NCBI GenBank assembly: GCA_016927185.1
Contig: JAFGND010000028.1
Span: 1 to 47,430 of the forward strand
Direction of reading: 5' to 3'
DNA from: Candidatus Coatesbacteria bacterium
GTDB taxonomy: Bacteria; JAFGND01
Length of the DNA stretch: 47,430 bases
Shown here piece after piece: positions 19,037-31,161 of this stretch. The position numbers were made by a program, and so were the translations under genes. The notes beneath the pieces are model-generated. The model saw nothing but the letters and a program-made list of their open reading frames with translations. It had not been told where the DNA came from and searched no databases. Every line of letters begins with the position of its first letter. The first letter of the stretch is position 1.

Positions 19037-21846
19037 TTGAATAAACTCTTGAGTAGTGAATATCTGGCTTATCTTGATAAAATTGATTTTATGATTATTG
19101 TCATCAACAAGGATGAGAATATTCATTTTATCAATGAAACAGCATGTAAAATAACAGGATATGAAAGAGACGAATTAAAAGGAAAGAATTACTTCAATAA
19201 TCTTATTCCGGAGAACATAAGGTATGAAATAAGAGAGGTTTTCAGGAGTATTATTTCAAACAGAATCAGTTTTCTTGAAGAAGGATTCAATCCAATCATT
19301 GCCAAAGATGGAACAATAAAGAATATCTTATGGTCAAACAAGATTTTGAAAAATAATAAAGGAGAGATTACAGGTACTTTAAGTACAGGTAAGCTAATTG
19401 CTGAACAAGAATCATATGAATATGCCAATATGAATATTGTATCACAGCTCCTCTCTATACTCAATAGCATAGATCAGGCTATATATGTAGCTGATTTTGA
19501 TACTTACGAAATTCTTTATGCAAATCCAGTAATACAAAGATTGTTTAATGACCAGTTAATTGGAAAGAAGTGTCATAAGGTTTTACAGAATATCGATGAA
19601 CCTTGCAGCTTCTGTACAAATGATTTGTTAAGAAAAAACAAGAATGAACCATATATATGGGAATGGCAAAATCTCAAGTTGAAAAAGGATTATCTTTGCA
19701 TTGACAGAGCAATAAAATGGGCTAACAACAAGGATGTTAGATTTGAACTGGCAATTGACATAACCAGAAACAAACAGATTGAAAGAGATTTGGCAAGAAA
19801 GCTGAATTATGAAAAAGCTCTGTCAGATATTTCCAATCTCCTTACCATAAGCCTGCTAAAAAAAGAAAGCATAACCGAAGCTTTGTCAATCCTTATAAGT
19901 TCATTCAATGCTTGCAGGGGATATGTTTTCGAAAACATTGAATCTCCTGACAAGGGTTTATGCATGCAGCAAATTCATTATACATATAATGAGAAGAAAA
20001 TCAAAAAGAAAATCAATAATCCTGTTAGACAAGAAATACCATATCATCCTGATCTTTCAAGAATAAGAAAAGAACTGGAGAACAACAAAGCCATTTTAAG
20101 CAAAATCAATGAGATGAAAAAGCCTGAAGTTGATGCTTTACAGGCAAGTGATACTAAAGTCATTTATATTATACCAATCAGGGCTTTTGATAAATGGTAT
20201 GGTTTTGCAAGAATTGATATCTGTGATCAGGAAGTAGAATTAACTGAAGAGGAAAAAAACCTTCTTGTCACTGCAGTAAATATTATAGGAAATTATATCG
20301 AAAGAAAAATCTCTGTTAATGCCTTGAAAGACGAGAAGGAAAGGTTATCTATAACACTTCGCAGTATAGGTGATGGGGTAATAGCATTAAACGAAAAAGC
20401 CTGCATAACATTGCTAAATAAAGCTGCTGAAAGCTTGACCGGCTGGAAAGAAAAAGATGCCATTGGGAAGAACCTTGTTGATGTTTTTTGCATACTGAAT
20501 GATAAAACAAGAAATCCTATTGACCATCCAGTAAAAAATATTATTGAATCAGATCAGATAATAAATTTGAGTAACTCCATCCTTGTTTCAAAGGATGGAA
20601 GTGAAAGATATATTTCATATACATATGCCCCAAAAAAAACAATAATAATAAGGTCATTGGTGTAATACTAATTTTCAAGGATATTACTGACAAATTAAAA
20701 ATAGATATAGAGATGCAGAAAATAGACAAACTTGAATCAATTGGTTTGCTTGCTGGAGGTATTGCTCATGATTTCAATAATTTCCTGATGGCTATCTGGG
20801 GAAATATAGACATAGCAAAAGCTTCCATTGATAACAAAGAGACTGTCCTCCACAGATTATTTGAATCGGAAAAAGCGTTGGCCAAGGCTGAAGAACTGAC
20901 TAATCAGCTTCTGACCTTCTCAAAGGGTGGAATTCCAATAAAGAAAAAACTTCTTAGTAATAATTTCATGAAAGAAGCTATTGATTTTGTACTTCATGGT
21001 TCAAAAGTTAAAAGCTTCTATGAATTCAATCAGACTTATCAGACTCTTGTAGATGAATCACAATTAAGCAGGGTTTTAAGTAATATTGCTTTGAATGCAG
21101 TGGAAGCAATGGATGAAGGTGGAACTCTGAATATTGCGGTGGATAATTTCGATATAACAAATCAGATAGAGATTCCCCTGGAAGAAGGAAAATATGTGAA
21201 GATTTCAATAAAGGATAATGGAACAGGCATTTCTGAAAAACATCTGTCAAGAATTTTTGATCCCTATTTTACTACAAAAGCGAAAGGAAGTGGTCTTGGT
21301 CTTGCAGTTGCTTTTTCAATAATCAAATACCATAATGGTTATCTTAAAGTTGAATCAAAAAAAGGTGCTGGTTCTACATTTTCGATATACCTGCCTGCAT
21401 CCCTTGACACAAAGGAGATTGTAGAAAAAAGTGATAGTTTAGATTCATCCAGTGAAAGAATTCTGGTAATGGATGACGATGATATGGTGAGAGACGTGCT
21501 TGGGATAATGATTAAGACAATAGGTTATGATGTAGATTTCGCAATTGACGGAGAAGAGGCCCTGAAAAAAGTGGAAAAAGCATTTTATGAAAACAAGGGA
21601 TACTGCCTTATTATAATGGATCTTACCATTCCAGGTGGAATGGGAGGAAAGGAAGCAGTTACTTTAGTAAAAAAGAATTATCCGGCAATTAAAGTGATTG
21701 TCTCAAGCGGATATTCAAAAGATCCTGTAATGGCTGATTTCAGGAAATACGGTTTTGATGGAATGCTTGCAAAACCATTTAATCATAACATGCTTGAAAA
21801 TGCACTGAATGAGATTCTTAGTAAAAAAAGGGATCAACCCAGATAA
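19037..21846 (+). pseudogene. PAS-PAS-GAF-PAS hybrid histidine kinase/receiver, interrupted by a one-base frameshift at 20632-20639
   Basis: Upstream ORF holds the PAS/GAF domains. The -1 frame after CC-A8-C reads NNNNKVIGVILIFKDITDK into the downstream ORF (GGIAHDFNN H-box, DNGTG, GSGLGL, receiver with MDL and KPF). TTG 19037 follows GAGGG. May be a sequencing error or recoding rather than a true pseudogene. Confidence 0.8.
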
Positions 21847-22532
21847 GCTTCCTTGACTCTCTCGTTTTCAGCTACTTCTTTTGAAGTACCCTGTATGATA
21901 ATACTTCCTGTCTCCAAAACATAAGCTCTATCCGCTATTTCCAGAGCCATGTTAGCATTCTGCTCTACAAGAAGTATCGTTGTACCTGCTTTGTTTATTT
22001 TCACAAGATTATCAAATATCTCCTGGACAAGCATTGGGGCAAGTCCCATTGAAGGTTCATCCAGCAGCATCAGATTTGCATTCTGCATCATGCCTCTTGC
22101 CACAGCCAGCATTTGCTGCTCACCACCTGAAAGAGTTCCTCCCAGTTGTGAAAGCCTCTCTTTTAATCTGGGAAAAACTGAAAGCACCTTTTCCATATCT
22201 TCATTTATTTTCTTGTCATTTCTTGTATATGCACCAAGCTCCAGGTTTTCTTTTACAGTAAGATTCCCGAAAATTATCCTTCCTTCAGGGATATGTGCAA
22301 TACCGAGTTTAGTTATCTTGTGTGGAGGTAAATCTGGTCTGACCTCTTCATTATTTAGTTTTATCTGTCCTTTATATGGTATCAAATGAGATATTGCTCT
22401 TAGTGTTGTGCTTTTACCTGCACCATTTGCCCCAATGAGAGTAACGATTTCTCCTTCAGCAACATTGAATGATATTCCTTTCAATGCTTCAATTACACCA
22501 TAATAAACATATAGATTATTAACTTCTAGCAT
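21834..22532 (-). CDS. livF: Branched-chain amino acid ABC transporter ATPase
   Basis: GANGAGKST, PEGRIIF, LSGGEQQML, DEPSMGLAP, VEQN; start at MLEV (22532). Confidence 0.95.
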   Translation of the reverse strand: MLEVNNLYVYYGVIEALKGISFNVAEGEIVTLIGANGAGKSTTLRAISHLIPYKGQIKLNNEEVRPDLPPHKITKLGIAHIPEGRIIFGNLTVKENLELGAYTRNDKKINEDMEKVLSVFPRLKERLSQLGGTLSGGEQQMLAVARGMMQNANLMLLDEPSMGLAPMLVQEIFDNLVKINKAGTTILLVEQNANMALEIADRAYVLETGSIIIQGTSKEVAENERVKEAYLG

Positions 22533-23292
22533 CTTTAGTTCCAAGGTAAGCTTCTATTACCTGAGGATTGTTCTTTACTTCGAAAGGAGTTCCCTCTGCA
22601 ATTTTCACTCCAAAATCAAGAACAATTATCCTGTTGCATAAATCCATTACAAACTTTATATGATGTTCAATCAATAAAATACTCAAGTTGTACTTCTCTT
22701 TTATGAAATGAATCAGGGATTGGAGTTTCTGAGTTTCGACAGGATTCATTCCTGCTGCAGGTTCGTCAAGAAGTAGAATCTTAGGAGAAGTAGCCATTGC
22801 TCTTGCAATTTCCAGTCTTCTCTGTAATCCATAAGGCAAAGCTGATGCTTCATGTTTATAGTAATCCTTAAGTTCAAATATTTCAAGCAGTTCAAGGCTT
22901 TTGTTCTCTATATCCTTCTCTTCATCTTTGAATTTCCTTCCCCTCATGACTGAAGAGATAATTCCATATTGTATATGAGTATGAAAAGAGAGTTTTATAT
23001 TGTCGAGGACAGTCAATTTCTTGAATAATCTTATATTCTGGAAGGTTCTTGCTATTCCCTTACTTGTAATTTTATATGGTTTTGTTCCACTAATGTCAGT
23101 ATTTTCAAGTAATATAAATCCAGAAGTTGGAGAATAAACTCCTGTTATGACATTAAAGACAGTTGTTTTCCCTGCACCATTTGGCCCTATTAATCCAAGC
23201 AAATCACCGTTTTCAAGGCTCAAATCAAGTTCATTAATTGCTACCAATCCACCGAATTTCATCGTTAGTTTTCTTAAATCAAGCAACTGCAT
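22519..23292 (-). CDS. livG: Branched-chain amino acid ABC transporter ATPase
   Basis: GPNGAGKTT, ARTFQNIRLF, LPYG, DEPAAGMN, EAYLG. Confidence 0.95.
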   Translation of the reverse strand: MQLLDLRKLTMKFGGLVAINELDLSLENGDLLGLIGPNGAGKTTVFNVITGVYSPTSGFILLENTDISGTKPYKITSKGIARTFQNIRLFKKLTVLDNIKLSFHTHIQYGIISSVMRGRKFKDEEKDIENKSLELLEIFELKDYYKHEASALPYGLQRRLEIARAMATSPKILLLDEPAAGMNPVETQKLQSLIHFIKEKYNLSILLIEHHIKFVMDLCNRIIVLDFGVKIAEGTPFEVKNNPQVIEAYLGTKDARS

Positions 23293-24335
23293 TATCTGTA
23301 TTCCCTTGGAATCATGAATCTGAATTCCTTGTTACCCATTAATCCTGCTGGTTTCTTGAGCATTAAAACTATCAGTAATAATGCATAAAAAACAAATCTC
23401 CATTCATCAAGATTAAGTGTTCTTGTGAATTCAAGGACACAAGTCAAACCCATTGCTGATAGTATCGATCCTGATATGGAGCCAATACCTCCAGCATAGA
23501 CATAAATCAAATACTCAATACTTTTAAGAAAAGTGAAATTGTTGGGAGAAATAAACAGGAGCTTATGAGCCAGCAAACCTCCTCCAACTCCTGCCCAGAA
23601 AGCACTTATTGAAAAAGCCATTGTCTTGTATTTTGTAGTATTAATTCCCATGGTTTCCGAGGCAATTTCATCTTCAGATATTGATTGAAATGCTCTTCCG
23701 AATGATGAATAAATAAGATTCCTCATCATGATAATACCGATTGCCACAATTATCAGGACAACCGGTAAAATGGATCTTTCATCAATGCCTGTGATACCCC
23801 TGGGTCCTCCTATTTCTTTGATGACATTTGAAATGGAAACTAATCCAATACTATTCAGTACATTAGCTATATCATCAGAAATAACCATAATTGAACGAAT
23901 TACCTCGCTGAAACCAAGTGTCACTATTGCAAGATAATCACCTTTCAAGCGAAGTGTCGGCAAACCAATAAGATAACCAATCAGTCCTGATGTTATTCCT
24001 CCAATAATCAAAGCTAATATAAAAACCAACCATCCTGCATTACCAGAAGCAGGTAAGATGATTTTTGTAATCATAGATGCAGAATAGGCACCAATGCACA
24101 TAAAACCACCATGCCCAAGGGATAACTGCCCAGTAAACCCATTCACCAGATTCAAGGAAACTGCCATCAGTACATTAATCAAGGCAATTGTTATAATATG
24201 GCTTATGAATTCTGATAATATGGGTTCACCCGTTGATTTTTGTGGTGTTTGTAAAATGTTCATGAATATCAAAACTGCTGTCATTATAATAAAAAACAGC
24301 CAGTTACGTTTTATCAAAGTTATGAAATAATTCAT
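23292..24335 (-). CDS. livM: Branched-chain amino acid ABC transporter permease
   Basis: GFTGQLSLGH, LRLKGDYLAIVTLGF, GGIGS. Confidence 0.93.
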   Translation of the reverse strand: MNYFITLIKRNWLFFIIMTAVLIFMNILQTPQKSTGEPILSEFISHIITIALINVLMAVSLNLVNGFTGQLSLGHGGFMCIGAYSASMITKIILPASGNAGWLVFILALIIGGITSGLIGYLIGLPTLRLKGDYLAIVTLGFSEVIRSIMVISDDIANVLNSIGLVSISNVIKEIGGPRGITGIDERSILPVVLIIVAIGIIMMRNLIYSSFGRAFQSISEDEIASETMGINTTKYKTMAFSISAFWAGVGGGLLAHKLLFISPNNFTFLKSIEYLIYVYAGGIGSISGSILSAMGLTCVLEFTRTLNLDEWRFVFYALLLIVLMLKKPAGLMGNKEFRFMIPREYR

Positions 24336-25339
24336 ACTTTCTCAATTTCGAATTTACCCATCAATCCAGCAGGTTTGAAAATCAATACTATTATCAGTAA
24401 TGAAAAAGCTGAAACATCACCCAGCTGAGGATTTATCGAGCTTGCATATGTCTCGATAATTCCCATCAAGAAACCTCCAAGCATTGCTCCAGGAATGTTT
24501 CCAATACCACCAAGAACTGCAGCAATGAAAGCCTTCATTCCTGGCCATATTCCCATGAATGGATTATCCAGGCAGCAAAATGTCAGTGCATAAAGTGTTC
24601 CTGCAGCAGAAGCCAGAGAAGTCCCGATCCCGAAAGTCACCATTATTATGAAATTAACATCTATTCCCATGAGATAAGCTGCTTCTCTGTTGAAACTGAC
24701 TGCTCTCATCGCTTTCCCTATTCTGGTTTTCTTTACTATCAGTTCCAGAATTATCATCAACAAGATTGCTACAAAGAAATCTATTGATTTTACCATGGAT
24801 ATTGATATTCCAGCGAAATTGAAAATCCTGTCATCAATAAGCTTTGGAAAGCTTAGCATATTTGGACCGAAAACTATCTTATTGAAAGGGAAAAAGACTT
24901 TCTCGGCTGGAAGGGCAAAAAAGTTTTCAAGGAAAAGACTGACGCCAAGAGCAGTTATCAAGACAGATAATCTGGGCTTGTTTCTGAGAGGTTTGTATGC
25001 TACTTTTTCAATTGACATCCCGAGTACTGCAGTCACTATCATTGAAAGCAGCATTGCTGGAATGAAGGCAAGTCCTATCAATCCTCTTCCAGCGAGATAT
25101 GCTCCGACAAATGCTGAGATATATGCACCAAACATGAATAGATCACCATGTGCAAAATTTATCAGCTTTATTATACCATACACCATTGTATAGCCAAGCG
25201 CAATTAGTGCATATAAGCTCCCCAACTGCAATCCATTTACAAGCTGTTGCAGAAAGCCCTGGAAGCCATATTTGAGTATATATAATATGGTAAAGCTTAC
25301 TCCGATAGCAAGCCATACCATTTTCTCATTCTTCTTCAT
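24332..25339 (-). CDS. livH: Branched-chain amino acid ABC transporter permease
   Basis: YALIALGYTMVYG, INFAHG, GKAMRA, AAVLGGIG. Confidence 0.95.
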   Translation of the reverse strand: MKKNEKMVWLAIGVSFTILYILKYGFQGFLQQLVNGLQLGSLYALIALGYTMVYGIIKLINFAHGDLFMFGAYISAFVGAYLAGRGLIGLAFIPAMLLSMIVTAVLGMSIEKVAYKPLRNKPRLSVLITALGVSLFLENFFALPAEKVFFPFNKIVFGPNMLSFPKLIDDRIFNFAGISISMVKSIDFFVAILLMIILELIVKKTRIGKAMRAVSFNREAAYLMGIDVNFIIMVTFGIGTSLASAAGTLYALTFCCLDNPFMGIWPGMKAFIAAVLGGIGNIPGAMLGGFLMGIIETYASSINPQLGDVSAFSLLIIVLIFKPAGLMGKFEIEKV

Positions 25340-26524
25340 CTAGGGATTTACAGTGGTTATGTAAACCTGTTTTCCATTCTTGATTTGCAGAATCGCTGCA
25401 CTTTTTATTGGGTTTCTTTCTGCATCAAAAGTTATCTTACCAGATACTACCTCAAGATCCTTTGTTTCAGTAAGAGCTTTCTTTATTGCTTCTGAATCTG
25501 GTTTGCCTGCTCTTTTCAACGCATCTATCAAGATTTTGGAAGCATCATAACTCAAAACTGCAAGTGCGTCTGGGGTTGAATTGAACTTCTTCTCATAATC
25601 TGCAACAAATTGCTTTACCTGAGTTGAGGGTGTATCTTTTGAATAGTGGTTTGAAAAAGTAAGTCCCTCTACATCCTTTTGGCCAACCTCAACAAGCTTT
25701 GGAGAGTCAAATCCGTCTCCTCCCAATATTGGTACTGCAAGTCCTAACTTCTTTGCCTGGATTGCAATCTGGGCAGCAGCCTGATAATAGCATGGAGCAA
25801 AAATAAGCTCCGGTTTTGCACTTTTTATCTGCGTAAGAAGCGGTGAGAAGTCCTTTGTTTTATCTTCTCCAGGGAAAGGTTGATATGAAACTACTTTCCC
25901 CCCCAATTCCTCATAAGTTTTCTTGAAAACCTCTGCCAATCCCTTTGAATAATCATTTGCATTATCGAAAATCACAGCAGCAGTCTTCAGTTTCAAATTC
26001 TCTATCGCATACTTCGCCATCACTTTGCCCTGGAAAGGATCTATAAAGCATGCACGAAAAATGAAATCACCAGTCTGGGTGACTTTGGGATTTGTTGAAG
26101 CTGTCGAAATCATGGGAACTTTATGTTTCTGGGCAAGTGGTGCTCCTGCAAGAGAACAATTACTTTGAACAGTTCCTATTATTGCCAGTACCTTGTCATG
26201 AGTAATTAATTTGTTATAGGCACTTACTGCAGCTTCGGGAGAACCCTGATCGTCTGCAAAAACTACGTTGATCTTGTATTCTTTCCCATCTAATGTTATC
26301 TTATTTTCTATTTGCTCGAATGCCAGTATCACTCCCTCCCTGGTTGATTTTCCGAAAGTTGCTGTCTGACCAGTTATTGGAGCAACAACTCCAATTGTAA
26401 TAACAGCCTTACCTGCTTTTTCTGGTTTCTGTTGTGGCATATGATTTTTTTCATCAACTCTCCCAGTGCCACAGCTTAACAAGAAAGCAAATAAAGAGAT
26501 AACCAACAAATACTTATAACCCAT
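25340..26524 (-). CDS. livK: Branched-chain amino acid ABC transporter substrate-binding lipoprotein (LivJ/LivK family)
   Basis: LLSC lipobox, APITG, FRACFIDPFQG, GGDG, SYDA; heads the liv operon with a GGAGG SD. Confidence 0.9.
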   Translation of the reverse strand: MGYKYLLVISLFAFLLSCGTGRVDEKNHMPQQKPEKAGKAVITIGVVAPITGQTATFGKSTREGVILAFEQIENKITLDGKEYKINVVFADDQGSPEAAVSAYNKLITHDKVLAIIGTVQSNCSLAGAPLAQKHKVPMISTASTNPKVTQTGDFIFRACFIDPFQGKVMAKYAIENLKLKTAAVIFDNANDYSKGLAEVFKKTYEELGGKVVSYQPFPGEDKTKDFSPLLTQIKSAKPELIFAPCYYQAAAQIAIQAKKLGLAVPILGGDGFDSPKLVEVGQKDVEGLTFSNHYSKDTPSTQVKQFVADYEKKFNSTPDALAVLSYDASKILIDALKRAGKPDSEAIKKALTETKDLEVVSGKITFDAERNPIKSAAILQIKNGKQVYITTVNP

Positions 26525-26588
26525 CCTTTACCTCCATATATTTAATAATGTGTTTAGACCTTGAAAAAACTGACTTATGTCAAGGTTT

Positions 26589-27146
26589 TTATAAAGAGGA
26601 ATGCAATGTTATTGATTTGCTTATCTCAGCTAATACCTTCTGAAAAATTTCTTCCCTGTTATTTCTCTCCAGATTATATAAAGAAACATAATCCAGGCTC
26701 TTATATCTATCAAGTACTGGATTTCTTTTCTGTTTTATTGTTGCAACCAGTAAACTGCTATCTTCGAACAACTTGTCAAATTCCTTCCTGAGCTCCTCAG
26801 AAAATAATTCCATTATTCCTATTTCATCTACAATAACCAAATCATTTTCTTCCCTCTCTCTTAGAACAGGAAGTGCTATCTTGTTGATATTGTCAATATT
26901 GACTCCATAAAATCCAATCCTGTACTGAGTCTTGAAATTCAAATGAGCCATTATTAGTATATTGCCCTTGAAATCCTCTATTGTAAAGCCTGTTCTCCTT
27001 GCAGTGTTTTCATCTCTAATTTCCTTTGTAACAAACCCGGTAATTTTGATTTTTTCCTTTATGCAGGTAATTAATGAATTCATGAGAGTTGTTTTACCAA
27101 CACCTGGATAACCGGTAATCAATATCTTCCTGCCAGGCAATTTCAA
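26589..27146 (-). CDS. Nucleoside-triphosphatase (NTPase_1/THEP1 family)
   Basis: ITGYPGVGKTT, GFVTKEIR...RTGF, VDEIGIME. Confidence 0.9.
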   Translation of the reverse strand: MKLPGRKILITGYPGVGKTTLMNSLITCIKEKIKITGFVTKEIRDENTARRTGFTIEDFKGNILIMAHLNFKTQYRIGFYGVNIDNINKIALPVLREREENDLVIVDEIGIMELFSEELRKEFDKLFEDSSLLVATIKQKRNPVLDRYKSLDYVSLYNLERNNREEIFQKVLAEISKSITLHSSL

Positions 27147-28126
27147 ATCTCAATCAGCATACTCGCCCAGGTAAGTCCTGCCCCGAATCCTACCATCATT
27201 ATTTTCATGCCTGAAACCATTTTTCCATCTATATTAAGCTCAGATAATGCAATAGGTATAGATGCTGCTGATGTGTTCCCTACCCTGTCAAGATTGACAT
27301 AGAATCTCTCCAGAGGTAAATCCAGGGATTTGGCTGCTGCTTCGATTATCCTGATATTTGCCTGATGAGGTATAATAAGATCAATGTCATCAAGATTCAG
27401 TTCTGCCATTTTTAGTGTCTCATTTATAGTTCTTGGTAAAATGCTTACTCCAAACCTGAAAACATTAACTCCCTGCATCTTTATGAAGTGTCTTTCAAAG
27501 GAAACTGAATTAATAGATGCTGGTTCTCTGCTTCCACCTGCAGGAATAGTCAATACATCAGGAGCAGACCTGTTTTCACAACCCCAGTCAAAACCAAGTA
27601 TTCCTCCTTTGTCTCCAGCTTCATACAAAACAGCTCCAGCACCATCTCCAAACAAGACTGCAGTTGTCCTGTCTTTCAAGTCAAGAAATCTTGAGACTAC
27701 TTCCGCTCCAATTACCAGTATTCTATCTGAACTTCCAAGAGCTATCATATGATAAGCTAGTATTGATGCGTAAGTAAATCCTGCACATGCACATGCGACA
27801 TCGAAAACCGGTATCTCATTCAAACCCAGTGCTTTCTGAACAATAGATGCAGTTGAAGGCATGAGATGATCCGGTGTGTAAGTTGCAAGAATGACGGCAT
27901 CTATGGTAGATGCACCACATCTCTCTATAATTGGAATGCATGTCTTTATGGCAAGATCAGAAGTGCTTTCTTCCTTTTCTGCGAAATACCTTTGCCTGAT
28001 TCCGGTTCTCTCTCTTATCCAGGAATCATTTGTAGGCATGATATTACTGAACATTTCATTTGTCACAAGACGTTTCGGCAAATAATGGGAAACGTCTCTT
28101 AAAATTACTTTCCTACTTCTTTCCAA
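27143..28126 (-). CDS. fabH: Beta-ketoacyl-ACP synthase III
   Basis: WIRERTGI, ACAGF (Cys), LFGDGAGA, PHQAN (His), GNTSAAS (Asn), GFGAGLTW. Confidence 0.95.
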   Translation of the reverse strand: MERSRKVILRDVSHYLPKRLVTNEMFSNIMPTNDSWIRERTGIRQRYFAEKEESTSDLAIKTCIPIIERCGASTIDAVILATYTPDHLMPSTASIVQKALGLNEIPVFDVACACAGFTYASILAYHMIALGSSDRILVIGAEVVSRFLDLKDRTTAVLFGDGAGAVLYEAGDKGGILGFDWGCENRSAPDVLTIPAGGSREPASINSVSFERHFIKMQGVNVFRFGVSILPRTINETLKMAELNLDDIDLIIPHQANIRIIEAAAKSLDLPLERFYVNLDRVGNTSAASIPIALSELNIDGKMVSGMKIMMVGFGAGLTWASMLIEI

Positions 28127-28436
28127 CTTCTCTTAATGTATCTCTGGGGAATGTATAAATTCTCTCTCCAGGTTTGCCAAAAGAGAATCTCTCTCTGGCT
28201 ATTCTCTCAATATACGATTCACTTTTTAAAAGATCTCTTTCTCTTACTAACCCCTGTTGAACAGCAAGTTCCTGTACTATCTTTTCTTCAAGACCAGCTT
28301 TCTTCTTTTTCAAGTTCCTGTATTGAAGATATCCGAAATCCCCAAACAAGAATGCATACAACCAGAGCAGAATAAAAATCATTATCGCTGATATGAAAAT
28401 CCGCTTTGGATTAAGAAAAAAAGAAGTTATATTCAA
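28113..28436 (-). CDS. ftsB: Septum formation initiator FtsB/DivIC
   Basis: TM helix, coiled coil, YIERIARE..F.KPGE; directly downstream of eno (conserved synteny). Confidence 0.85.
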   Translation of the reverse strand: MNITSFFLNPKRIFISAIMIFILLWLYAFLFGDFGYLQYRNLKKKKAGLEEKIVQELAVQQGLVRERDLLKSESYIERIARERFSFGKPGERIYTFPRDTLREVGKK

Positions 28437-28438
28437 GA

Positions 28439-29731
<1,293 letters not shown>

Positions 29732-31015
29732 TTATTCTCCTCCTCCAAGTACTTTTTTCATCTTCTTGATAGCACAAAAATCTCCACACATACTGCAGAC
29801 TTCATTATCCTGGGGCTTTACCATTGAGCGAAAGGTTTCTGCCTTGACAGGATCCAAAGCCAGTTTTATTACCTCATCCCAGTGAAAATCCTTTCTAGCC
29901 TTGCTTAAGGCATAATCCCAATCAACTTCATTACGTCTTATCATGTCTCCCACATGTGCAGCTATACGTGATGCTATTACTCCTTCCCTTACATCCGAAA
30001 CATCCGGTAATTTCAGATGTTCAGCAGGAGTGACGTAACACAGGTAATCTGCCCCGCTTACTGCTGCAATAGAACCTCCTATTGCACCTACTATATGATC
30101 GTATCCGGGTGCGACATCAGTAACCAGTGGTCCAAGAACGTAGAAAGGAGCATTCTTGCATAGTTTCTTCTCAAGCAGTATATTTGTTTCAATCTCGTTT
30201 ATTGGTATATGCCCGGGACCTTCTACCATCACCTGAACATTTCCTTCCCTTGCTCTTTCTACCAATTCCCCTAGAATTATAAGCTCCTGAACTTGCGGTC
30301 TGTCTGTAGAATCGTCTATCGCTCCCGGTCTGAATCCATCACCCAGAGATAGAGTTATATCATAATCATAGGCTATTGCAAGTAAATCATCATAATACTG
30401 ATAAAAAGGATTTTCAGCCTTGTTGAATTCCATCCATTCAACCATTAGACTCCCTCCTCTTGATACCAATCCGGCGAGTCTGCCATCCTTTTTCAATCTA
30501 TTTACCGAGCTTCTTGTTACTCCACAATGAATTGTCATGAAGTCAACACCTTGTTCTGCCTGCTCCTGTATGAGATTGAAAAAATCCTTCACTTTCATCT
30601 CTGCAAAAGACTTCCCCTTTTTCATCATATAATAGGCACCCTGATAGACCGGTACTGTTCCTATCGGGACATTAGATTCCTCAATCATCCTCTTCCTGAT
30701 TTCTGTCAAATCTCCGCCAGTAGATAAATCCATAACTGTATGGGCACCATATTTTATTGCTTCCTTCAGTTTGTTTATCTCCAATTCCAAATCATTCAAA
30801 TCCTTGCTTGTTCCAATATTTGCATTTATCTTGATTCTGAGGCCTGTTCCAATGCCTACTGGAAAAAGATCTTTTCTCTTGATATTTTGAAGCAATACTA
30901 TTTCTCCTGCAGCGATTTTTTCTTTCAGAAAATCAGTGGAAACTCCCTCAATATCAGCAACTTTATGCATTGATTCACTAATATCACCATCTTTTGCTAT
31001 ACTAAGCTGTGTCAC
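29732..31015 (-). CDS. thiC: Phosphomethylpyrimidine synthase (ThiC family radical SAM)
   Basis: NANIG, MDLSTG, GTVPVYQ, SRGGS, EGPGH, TPAEHL, C-terminal CSMCGDFC; GTG start with GGAGG. A Bza paralog is not formally excluded. Confidence 0.88.
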   Translation of the reverse strand: MTQLSIAKDGDISESMHKVADIEGVSTDFLKEKIAAGEIVLLQNIKRKDLFPVGIGTGLRIKINANIGTSKDLNDLELEINKLKEAIKYGAHTVMDLSTGGDLTEIRKRMIEESNVPIGTVPVYQGAYYMMKKGKSFAEMKVKDFFNLIQEQAEQGVDFMTIHCGVTRSSVNRLKKDGRLAGLVSRGGSLMVEWMEFNKAENPFYQYYDDLLAIAYDYDITLSLGDGFRPGAIDDSTDRPQVQELIILGELVERAREGNVQVMVEGPGHIPINEIETNILLEKKLCKNAPFYVLGPLVTDVAPGYDHIVGAIGGSIAAVSGADYLCYVTPAEHLKLPDVSDVREGVIASRIAAHVGDMIRRNEVDWDYALSKARKDFHWDEVIKLALDPVKAETFRSMVKPQDNEVCSMCGDFCAIKKMKKVLGGGE

Positions 31016-31161
31016 ATTACCTCCAAATATTATGATAATTGTTAGATATCCTTATTTAGTTTATTCTTGTCAATGAAAAACAAGATAAATTAATATATAA
31101 AAACAACTTTATCATTACTTTCAGGGGAAACCTGATTATTGATCTTTTTAAGGATTTTTAA

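Noticed and set aside
31121..31135. TCAGG-GGAAA-CCTGA as the ddl terminator
   Set aside because: Only a 5-bp stem and no U tract on the minus strand.
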